Shown here: positions 8,874 to 16,016 of the stretch, one piece after another
Layout: the number at the start of each line of letters is the position of its first letter
Numbering within the stretch: position 1 is the first letter of the stretch
Virus record (IMG/VR): IMGVR_UViG_3300033075_001328
Location: 8,153-72,152 of that record
Reading direction: 5' to 3' (one strand)
Source of the DNA: a virus
Taxonomy: Duplodnaviria; Caudoviricetes
Length of the DNA: 64,000 bases
The notes under the pieces: model-generated
The model's database searches: none
What the model saw: only the letters and a program-made list of their open reading frames with translations
Told to the model about the DNA's origin: nothing
Translations under genes and position numbers: made by a program

Positions 8874-9254
8874 ATGAAAGACTTAAACACATTGTGCAAA
8901 GAGGCACACGAAAACTCTAAATCGAAAGGTTTTTACGATGAACCTAAGAATATCGGCGAAATGCTGGCACTAATACATAGCGAAGTAAGCGAGGCGTTGG
9001 AGGCGGATAGGAAAGGTAGATATTGCAAGTTAAAAGAGGATGGTATGAAGTATATGCAAGAGCAAGTTTCAGGCATAGCTTTTTCCCTAAACTATAAAGA
9101 AGAAATCAAAGGCACATTTGAAGAAGAAATGGCGGACATTGTAATTCGCGTATTTGACATGTGCGGCTTCAAAGGCATTGACCTAGCATCGCATGTTGAA
9201 ATGAAGATGCGGTTTAACTCACTACGTGAACACAAGCACGGCAAAAAGTATTAA
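8874..9254 (+). CDS. MazG-like all-alpha nucleotide pyrophosphohydrolase
   Basis: LALIHSEVSEALEA ... EEEMADIVIRVFD ... KMRFN motifs. Confidence 0.88.
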   Translation: MKDLNTLCKEAHENSKSKGFYDEPKNIGEMLALIHSEVSEALEADRKGRYCKLKEDGMKYMQEQVSGIAFSLNYKEEIKGTFEEEMADIVIRVFDMCGFKGIDLASHVEMKMRFNSLREHKHGKKY

Positions 9255-9257
9255 CCC

Positions 9258-9452
9258 ATGACCCTAAAAGATAAAATGCAGACCGCAGTAGATGCGCTGC
9301 TGAACGAAGCTAACGGCAGTACCGAAACGAGCAAGATTGTGGCGGTGTGTGCGGAGGTGGCGAAGGATTATTATGTACACAACCACAAGGTAACTACTAC
9401 TTTTAACGGAATAATAGAAACTACGGAAGTTTGGGGCAACAAAAAAGGCTAG
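9258..9452 (+). CDS. hypothetical protein
   Basis: 64 aa, last gene of the plus-strand operon. Confidence 0.6.
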   Translation: MTLKDKMQTAVDALLNEANGSTETSKIVAVCAEVAKDYYVHNHKVTTTFNGIIETTEVWGNKKG

Positions 9453-9466
9453 CCCGTAAGCTAGCC
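9441..9466 (-). terminator. intrinsic terminator of the lysis genes
   Basis: GGCTAGC/GCTAGCC stem preceded by an A-run on the + strand (U-run on the - strand). Confidence 0.65.
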
Positions 9467-9486
9467 CCACCATTTGGAAAAGGGAT

Positions 9487-9801
9487 TTATTTCTTAGCAG
9501 CTTTCTTGCCGCTATACTGTTTCGTTATCACATTGGTACTATCAAACACAACCGTGCCTGTTACGTTGCCCTTCACAGCATCCACGCACAAATTAGCCGA
9601 TGTAATACCGTTCGCCTTAGCTTTCTTCCACTCCCACAATTCGCTTTGGCTATAATGCACCGTAAGCGTTTTGGTGGTGTCATTGTAATATGCTTGCCCA
9701 ACGTTGTTCTTAGTGAACTTCTTAATAAATGGTGTCGGGTTTAAAGATGCACAACTAGCCAATGCAAGGCAAGCGGTTAGGATTAGGATGGTTTGTTTCA
9801 T
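9487..9801 (-). CDS. lipoprotein, o-spanin-like
   Basis: MKQTILILTACLALASC lipobox (Cys17), downstream of the endolysin. Confidence 0.65.
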   Translation of the reverse strand: MKQTILILTACLALASCASLNPTPFIKKFTKNNVGQAYYNDTTKTLTVHYSQSELWEWKKAKANGITSANLCVDAVKGNVTGTVVFDSTNVITKQYSGKKAAKK

Positions 9802-9826
9802 ATAGTTGATTGTTTATGTAAAAGTA

Positions 9827-10153
9827 TCAATTTACCTGCAACTCCCCAAGCGAATCAACCAGCTTTTGAAGGTTGGCTTTTAGCTTATCCGTACTCAGCC
9901 CGTATTGCTCCGCTATATCCAAGCCCTTACAGGTACGGTCTATATGCTCCATTATACCCTTCCATTTAAGCCTATTCGCCTTGTTGTTAGCCCTACGTGC
10001 GCGGAGTTGTGATTTAGCGATAATAGCTACCTCATTCAGCTTCATACGGGCAAGTATTATCTGCTCGCTAGGTAACGCTTTCTCTACAATATCAGTAATG
10101 CCTTCCGCTATGCTTAGTGCTTGCCCGATGTAGTCTATGGGGTTTTGTTTCAT
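9827..10153 (-). CDS. hypothetical protein in the lysis cassette
   Basis: 108 aa, ATGA-coupled to the amidase, basic helical. Confidence 0.65.
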   Translation of the reverse strand: MKQNPIDYIGQALSIAEGITDIVEKALPSEQIILARMKLNEVAIIAKSQLRARRANNKANRLKWKGIMEHIDRTCKGLDIAEQYGLSTDKLKANLQKLVDSLGELQVN

Positions 10154-10584
10154 AGGTGAGCGTATTCGGTTTTAGCATCAAAACAGGGACATTTTTTTGT
10201 CCACTCGTTAGGCGTTATCTTACCATCCCTGTTAAGGTCGGGGCTTAAATCACGATGCCCTAAAATAATTGCATTAGGGAAGTCCTGTTTTAGGTCTTTC
10301 AATATTCTAAGTAATGCCCCCTTTTGTATATCTGTACGCGTATCCGTGCCATTCCAGCCTCCTTTATAGCAAATATGTATAGAGTTAGCATTATGCCCCG
10401 CAACTCCGTTAGAAGGCTGCGAAATAGGTGTAAGGTTTTCAACCGTACCGTCCCCACTAATAAGGTAGTGATAGCCATTGTTTCGCCACCCTAATTTAGT
10501 TTTCCAATAGTTGATAATATCAGAAGTTTTCTGTTGTGCGCTCGCGGCTGTGCAATGAATTACGATATAATGAATGTTTCTCAT
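10150..10584 (-). CDS. N-acetylmuramoyl-L-alanine amidase endolysin (T7-lysozyme/Amidase_2 type)
   Basis: YIVIHCTA, GYHYLI, GVAGHNANSIHICYKGG, ILGHRD, KKCPCFD; start moved to MRNIHY. Confidence 0.93.
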   Translation of the reverse strand: MRNIHYIVIHCTAASAQQKTSDIINYWKTKLGWRNNGYHYLISGDGTVENLTPISQPSNGVAGHNANSIHICYKGGWNGTDTRTDIQKGALLRILKDLKQDFPNAIILGHRDLSPDLNRDGKITPNEWTKKCPCFDAKTEYAHL

Positions 10585-10655
10585 TCTGCAATATAGTTTA
10601 TTCAGTCTTCTTTGGCAAAAATAAAGCCCCAACAATTAGTCAGGGCTTATGGTTA

Positions 10656-10898
10656 TTAATTCGATTCTGCTAAGTCATTCATTAACTTAGCCTGTTCTTT
10701 TAGTTCACTTGGTGCCAATGGTCGTATCTCAAATGTTCCGTTCTCTTGAAACTCAATCGTACACCAACTGGACTGGTGTCCTAATGTTTCGGTAAAGCGC
10801 TTTACCATTTTGTCGCGTACATCAAATGATGTTTTGGGAGCAACGATTATTACAGGCTGATTATCCTCTGCAATGTCAATTTGGATTTTACTTTCCAT
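10656..10898 (-). CDS. hypothetical protein
   Basis: 80 aa, divergent from the HNH gene, followed by an AAGCCC/GGGCTT hairpin. Confidence 0.65.
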   Translation of the reverse strand: MESKIQIDIAEDNQPVIIVAPKTSFDVRDKMVKRFTETLGHQSSWCTIEFQENGTFEIRPLAPSELKEQAKLMNDLAESN

Positions 10899-10948
10899 GT
10901 TTATTGTTTTAGTCTGTGGCGGAATTGCTCAACAGCTATGTAAATCTA

Positions 10949-11108
10949 CGAAAATAAATTGAGTGCAAAAATTTGGAAGTACCGAAAATCATTCTACCTT
11001 TGTGGCACTATCCACCAATGAAAATATATAAACATATCCCGTCATCGAATTGCCCTTGTGTTATCTAACACAGGTGGATAGTCTTTTCGATGTACGGGTA
11101 TTTTTATA
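10949..11108. promoter_or_regulatory. divergent promoters plus structured leader of the HNH gene
   Basis: Minus-strand TATTTTCG variant 10949-10956; TACCTTTG 10995-11002; ACTATCCACC 11007-11016 complementary to GGTGGATAGT 11073-11082; hairpin 11038-11098 followed by TTTTT. Confidence 0.6.
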
Positions 11109-11597
11109 ATGAAGCAAATTTTACCGAAGATACCAATAGGAACTAAATTCCATTTTCTTGAAGTTATTTCAGATGAAATAAGGGTTCGTAAAAAAGGCTG
11201 CCTTATATATTATCATGATTGCATTTGCGAGTGTGGGAAAATAAGGAATGTTTTAACCTCAAATATAAGGAAAGGCATTGTGAAGTCTTGTGGATGTAAA
11301 ACGAAAAGAAATAAGCATCGATTGCACCCTTTGTATTCACCCTATTTATGTATGATAAGTAGGTGTAAGTTTGTTCACCATAAAAATTATGGTGGGCGAG
11401 GCATAAAGGTTTGTCAAAGATGGATTGATAGTTTTGAAAACTTTTTGAGTGATATGGGAGAAAAGCCTTCAAGCAAGCATAGCCTTGACAGGATAAATAA
11501 CGATGGCGATTACGAGCCAAGCAATTGCAGGTGGGCGACAGCAAAAGAACAGTCGCAAAACAAAAGACCATCTGTTAGAAAATCAAAAAGACAATAG
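11109..11597 (+). CDS. HNH homing-type endonuclease
   Basis: [43 protein letters not shown]. Confidence 0.9.
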   Translation: MKQILPKIPIGTKFHFLEVISDEIRVRKKGCLIYYHDCICECGKIRNVLTSNIRKGIVKSCGCKTKRNKHRLHPLYSPYLCMISRCKFVHHKNYGGRGIKVCQRWIDSFENFLSDMGEKPSSKHSLDRINNDGDYEPSNCRWATAKEQSQNKRPSVRKSKRQ

Positions 11598-11656
11598 ACG
11601 CTTTAATAAAAAGCAATCAATTAGCTATTAACCATTAACCAACCCTCGCGAGAGAT

Positions 11657-12019
11657 ATGAAACAACTTAAAGACTACCTGCACTTGTATGTTGGATGTGA
11701 GGTTTTAGATTTAAAAAAAGACGAAACTGCTAGGCTTATTGCTGTTGTAGATAGGTTTCAAAACAGAAGTGCCCAAGTTGAGTACAAAGAGTATACAGCA
11801 TTTAAGTACATAGAAGAAATCAAGCCAATACTTCGCAGGATAGAGGATGTTACGGAATCAGAGGGTATCATATTACACAATATAGAAATGTCGTTCCATG
11901 AAGGTTTTGAAAATGAGATTACTTATGCCGCTGTAACTCATAAAATGCTATCATGGGGAATTGACCTATTCGGCTTGATAGATGCAGGGCTAGCGATTGA
12001 CCGTAACACTTTAACCTAA
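11657..12019 (+). CDS. conserved Bacteroidota phage hypothetical protein
   Basis: YLHLYVGCEV ... IKPILRRIED ... GIDLFGLIDAGLAID. Confidence 0.7.
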   Translation: MKQLKDYLHLYVGCEVLDLKKDETARLIAVVDRFQNRSAQVEYKEYTAFKYIEEIKPILRRIEDVTESEGIILHNIEMSFHEGFENEITYAAVTHKMLSWGIDLFGLIDAGLAIDRNTLT

Positions 12020-12043
12020 CCGCGCAAGCATAAATAGAAGGAT

Positions 12044-12193
12044 ATGCACACAGGAGAATCAGACTACGAAGATGATGATGAATATGGTCTTTATCACGAG
12101 TGCCCATGTTTCGGAAGGACTTATGATGAGATTGATTTCGAGTATCAAATATGCCACCATTGCAATCATAATGCAAGTGAACCGATTAACTAA
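12044..12193 (+). CDS. small acidic Cys-containing protein (not in the ORF track)
   Basis: MHTGESDYEDDDEYGLYHECPCFGRTYDEIDFEYQICHHCNHNASEPIN; fills the intergenic gap. Confidence 0.55.
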   Translation: MHTGESDYEDDDEYGLYHECPCFGRTYDEIDFEYQICHHCNHNASEPIN

Positions 12194-12220
12194 CCAAAAC
12201 GCAGCATTGCTGAATGAAAG

Positions 12221-12667
12221 ATGAATAGAACGATAAAATTTAGAGCAAAACGCAAAGGCGCACCGCACGAATGGCTGATAGGTGATTTAGCACACATAGA
12301 AGATAAGGTGTACATTTTTGACAGGGGTAATAATGCACCTTTAAATAGCCCCGATTGGTACGAGGTAATACATGAAACTGTTGGGCAATTTATTGGGTTG
12401 GCAGACAATAACGGTAAGGAGATTTATGAGGGGGATATAGCAATTCTTACAAGACACTCAAGTTTACCTCATGCCGATAATAAGCCTCGAATTGGAATTA
12501 TTGAATATGCCAAACACATGGCGTCTTTTATTTTCAAATATACAGACGGTGAACGAGCAAGAAGATTTGCAAACTTCTCTGCTACTATAGGATTTGAAGA
12601 TGAGACAAGAGATGAACGATTTGAAATAATAGGCAATATCCACGATAACCGCGAACTACTCAAGTAA
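12221..12667 (+). CDS. YopX-family protein
   Basis: MNRTIKFRAK, ETVGQFIGLADNNGKEIYEGDI, EIIGNIHDN. Confidence 0.9.
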   Translation: MNRTIKFRAKRKGAPHEWLIGDLAHIEDKVYIFDRGNNAPLNSPDWYEVIHETVGQFIGLADNNGKEIYEGDIAILTRHSSLPHADNKPRIGIIEYAKHMASFIFKYTDGERARRFANFSATIGFEDETRDERFEIIGNIHDNRELLK

Positions 12668-12696
12668 CATCAACTCACCAATAAACAAACCGTAAG

Positions 12697-12900
12697 ATGA
12701 AAGAACCAAATATTACCATTATAAGCTGCCCTAAATGCAACAGAGCTTCATTGATTGTAGGAGAAGATGCCATTGATAGAAAGACTAGCAACGAAATGGG
12801 GCGTATGGTTGCTAAGGGCTGCAAATCTGAAACAATTACATTAACCGAATACAGGGCTAAGGGACAAATGGATATGTGCTTTACTCTGTGTGAAAAATAA
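12697..12900 (+). CDS. small Cys-containing hypothetical protein
   Basis: SCPKC ... GC ... MCFTLC. Confidence 0.6.
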   Translation: MKEPNITIISCPKCNRASLIVGEDAIDRKTSNEMGRMVAKGCKSETITLTEYRAKGQMDMCFTLCEK

Positions 12901-14134
12901 CCATAACATGAAATTCACCACACCAGTATCAATGCCCTGCACCGAGGCGCAATACAACGAACTGAAACCGCTGCTTGAGGCAATGGGGTATGAGGTAAGA
13001 GATGTATTTGGCAATAGAAGAACACACATAAACACTAATGCAACAGATATTGACAGCATTGTAGAATATGGAAGCGATGCTTGTAAGTATGGTCAAATAT
13101 TATTACCCACCTACAACAAAGACCTATTCCTAGCCATTGCCGCCATGACGGACGAGCCGAACGGTATTGCTGGCGAGTGGTGGAAGTGTTTAGGTAGCGA
13201 GAAAACGCATTTCAGTAACAATAAACTATACAGGGCTTGTAGAGATAGAGATAGCGTTTGTAATTATTTCATGGATAACAATAATTACCCTAGTGGTAAG
13301 TATGATGCATCCGATAAGTGCTTCACCAAAGCCACGGTAGCCGAGATATTTGCGCACTTTGGGGTTAGTTATGGTAAGGAGCAAGCAAAACCGATACAAC
13401 CCGAAATACCGCAGCCTAAGCCTATGCTACAAATAAAACAAATAGACGATAACACGTACAGCATCAACGGCAGAACCTTTAAGCACACGGGCGAGGATGT
13501 ACGCAGCCCTATGGAACAGAATGTAGCTGAGGTGAAGTACACAAAAGACTACTGTTGGAAAAACAGAGTAGCGATAGCCTGCTTAGATGCTATTGAGTGG
13601 GAGGCTGCATTAGGATTATACAACTCTAACGTTGCTAAAGAAAACGAAGATGAATGGCTTGTTTATAGAGAAAAAAGCTGCTTTTCTTTTGACAATGGCG
13701 AGTTTGGATTTGGAAGCACTGGCTATTATCGTGGCGCAGGCTACACCATCATCCCAGCGGCCACTTTCATTACCCACAACACGCAGCAGCAAGATGAGGT
13801 GCTATTCGTAACCGAGGACGGCGTAAGTATAAGGCGCGGCGATAATATATGGTGCATAGATAATGAATGTAGCAAGCCTTGGGAATGGGTAGATATACCG
13901 AAAGATTTAGCAGAATACATAAACCATGATTATAAAGGATTCAAGGCCTTTAGTACAAGGCAAGCTGCACAGGCACACTTTGATAGCCAAAAGCCCAAAG
14001 TACCCACGCTGGCAGAGGATAGCAAATTTGAAATTTCGCTACTTGACCTAGTAAAGTGCATGACCGATAACGAAGAAGCGCAAGATGTACTTTATGATAA
14101 GTTTAAGGCGGTGTTTGAAGCAAATAAAGGATAA
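12890..14134 (+). CDS. modular hypothetical protein, paralogue of 7297..8292 (GTG start; ATG at 12908 is an alternative)
   Basis: Shared N-terminal domain motifs. Confidence 0.8.
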   Translation: MKNNHNMKFTTPVSMPCTEAQYNELKPLLEAMGYEVRDVFGNRRTHINTNATDIDSIVEYGSDACKYGQILLPTYNKDLFLAIAAMTDEPNGIAGEWWKCLGSEKTHFSNNKLYRACRDRDSVCNYFMDNNNYPSGKYDASDKCFTKATVAEIFAHFGVSYGKEQAKPIQPEIPQPKPMLQIKQIDDNTYSINGRTFKHTGEDVRSPMEQNVAEVKYTKDYCWKNRVAIACLDAIEWEAALGLYNSNVAKENEDEWLVYREKSCFSFDNGEFGFGSTGYYRGAGYTIIPAATFITHNTQQQDEVLFVTEDGVSIRRGDNIWCIDNECSKPWEWVDIPKDLAEYINHDYKGFKAFSTRQAAQAHFDSQKPKVPTLAEDSKFEISLLDLVKCMTDNEEAQDVLYDKFKAVFEANKG

Positions 14135-14137
14135 GCC

Positions 14138-14398
14138 ATGATTCACTATTACATCATATTTATATCGTTCATCAGCCCTAGCAATTACGGGGTTGGTATT
14201 TATCAAGGCGACACTAAGAATTGTACGCTAACCAAAGTAAATGCCTATGAGCCGATGCGAAACACCCTTAAATGGCAATATTCTACTTTCAATGTTGACA
14301 GCGTTGCTGAATACAGAACAAAGGAAGAAAGAGATAGTGCCGCGTTTTTATACTATCTCCATTACAGCAAAGCATACCCATTACTAACACAAAACTGA
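14138..14398 (+). CDS. hypothetical protein
   Basis: 86 aa, hydrophobic N-terminus. Confidence 0.55.
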   Translation: MIHYYIIFISFISPSNYGVGIYQGDTKNCTLTKVNAYEPMRNTLKWQYSTFNVDSVAEYRTKEERDSAAFLYYLHYSKAYPLLTQN

Positions 14399-14493
14399 CA
14401 GATATGAAAAGATAACCACAAACAGACGCGCTCCGATGTATATTTTACTAATGGTATAGTTTAAATATAATCATCGGGCAAAAGCAGTCGACG

Positions 14494-14519
14494 GCAGTCC
14501 TAGTAAGGGCTGCTTTTTT
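14494..14519 (+). terminator. intrinsic terminator of the plus-strand island
   Basis: GCAGTCCT-AGTA-AGGGCTGC-TTTTTT. Confidence 0.8.
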
Positions 14520-14562
14520 ATTTCATCCCAAACAATAAGCAAATTAGGATTCATTAGCACAC

Positions 14563-14591
14563 AAAAAAGGCGCGGAAACCACGCCGCGCCT
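14563..14591 (-). terminator. intrinsic terminator of the late operon
   Basis: AGGCGCGG/CCGCGCCT stem with a 6-nt U-run on the minus strand. Confidence 0.8.
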
Positions 14592-14628
14592 AACCCTAAA
14601 CCATGTATGAATAACCAAAAAAGAAGCC

Positions 14629-14928
14629 TTATCTTTTAAATCGTTTACGCATCTTATCCCTAAAATAGAACCACGCACTTTCGCATAAAGTTAAGAATAA
14701 TTCAAGCAGCTTTTTACCTGCCATGCCTAGAAATCCACCTCCGATAGATACTATTACAAACTTAGCAATCTGCCCTAATGGAGTAGCGAACCAAACAATG
14801 ATAGGGTTATCGCTAGTGATAGCTAGCATTGTTCCCGTAACGCCACAAGAAAATGCGAACATATCATCTAAGTGGCGTATAAAAAGGTCTGTCAAGGTCA
14901 TATCCTTACTTTCAACAAATTTAATCAT
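14629..14928 (-). CDS. holin-like membrane protein
   Basis: Two hydrophobic segments, basic C-terminus (RDKMRKRFKR), end of the late operon. Confidence 0.6.
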   Translation of the reverse strand: MIKFVESKDMTLTDLFIRHLDDMFAFSCGVTGTMLAITSDNPIIVWFATPLGQIAKFVIVSIGGGFLGMAGKKLLELFLTLCESAWFYFRDKMRKRFKR

Positions 14929-14954
14929 AACTTATACGTTAGCGTTACCTAGTG

Positions 14955-15362
14955 TTATTTTTTTCTCCACAGTAAATCTAACTCCGTTTTAATTGCTAGA
15001 AGCCTGTTTTTTATCATAGTAAAAAAGCCTGCCCCTTCTAATATTGCAGCTACCAATCCGCCTAACAAATCATAGTAGTCTTGATAGTAGATTTGGTGTG
15101 GGTCTAAAAAGAACTCTTTGTTTAAAGATAGCAAATATATTACTGCTATAAACGCACAAAGCGGTTTGGCATACCTATTTTCCACAAGTGCATATATCCC
15201 CCACCATATTAACGAGAAAGCAAATAGCTCCCACTTGTGGAACTGGTCGTCATTAATGCAATAGCCGAACCATTTGCAAGTCCACTCCCATTGATATATG
15301 GCAAGGTGAATTACAAACGATGCGGCTATTAATACTGCTGCTATGTATTTACTTAGTTGCAT
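14955..15362 (-). CDS. multi-pass membrane protein
   Basis: About four hydrophobic segments. Confidence 0.65.
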   Translation of the reverse strand: MQLSKYIAAVLIAASFVIHLAIYQWEWTCKWFGYCINDDQFHKWELFAFSLIWWGIYALVENRYAKPLCAFIAVIYLLSLNKEFFLDPHQIYYQDYYDLLGGLVAAILEGAGFFTMIKNRLLAIKTELDLLWRKK

Positions 15363-15652
15363 GGGGGGCGCGAGCCAACTGGGCGCAACAGCGAATATAC
15401 GTTACCGCTGGCATCATTTATAGTCAAGTAGCTATCAACTTCAAAATCCACCTCTGCGGCAGATGTTATGGTTAACTGCACATTGCTGCCGTTCTTGCTA
15501 TCAACATCACTATCCAGTAGATATACGCCGCCAAACTTAAAGTTTTGGTCTGTTGCTGGTGTCCACGTAGCGTTAGTGCTATGGGTTTTGATAAATGTAA
15601 ATCCGCGCCAATTGATAATGTCTTTGGCAGTAGTGCCGCTTGGGAATTTCAT
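15353..15652 (-). CDS. hypothetical protein
   Basis: 99 aa, beta-rich, late operon. Confidence 0.65.
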   Translation of the reverse strand: MKFPSGTTAKDIINWRGFTFIKTHSTNATWTPATDQNFKFGGVYLLDSDVDSKNGSNVQLTITSAAEVDFEVDSYLTINDASGNVYSLLRPVGSRPPCN

Positions 15653-15671
15653 TGTATAGTTGTTTTATTGG

Positions 15672-15890
15672 TTACTTTTCAGTTTCTTCAAAAAAGTTTG
15701 TTATTGCCTTTGCAAATATACCAGCCGCACTAAGCCCAAAATTAACCCATAACCTTGCATTATCGGTCAATGGTAACGTTAGTGTCAATGGCTGTAAGCC
15801 TAAGCTAAGGAAAAGCAATGAATCGCCTAACTTACGCATACCTTTAGGTGTAGGCGCATAGTATTTTTTGATGTTTAATTTCGTTGCCAT
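15672..15890 (-). CDS. small holin-like membrane protein
   Basis: 72 aa, YYAPTPKGMRKLGD followed by two hydrophobic segments. Confidence 0.6.
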   Translation of the reverse strand: MATKLNIKKYYAPTPKGMRKLGDSLLFLSLGLQPLTLTLPLTDNARLWVNFGLSAAGIFAKAITNFFEETEK

Positions 15891-15893
15891 ATC

Positions 15894-16004
15894 TTATCTA
15901 TTTTCTATGTACTCAATAAGTGCCTCTACCAAGTGCTTTATGTTCGGGTCGGCTTCGTTGATGCAAAGTTTCTCAAATATTATTTTTTCTAGCTCCTCTT
16001 TCAT
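15894..16004 (-). CDS. small protein (not in the ORF track)
   Basis: MKEELEKIIFEKLCINEADPNIKHLVEALIEYIENR; fills the gap between fibre and holin. Confidence 0.5.
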   Translation of the reverse strand: MKEELEKIIFEKLCINEADPNIKHLVEALIEYIENR

Positions 16005-16016
16005 GGTATTGCTGTT

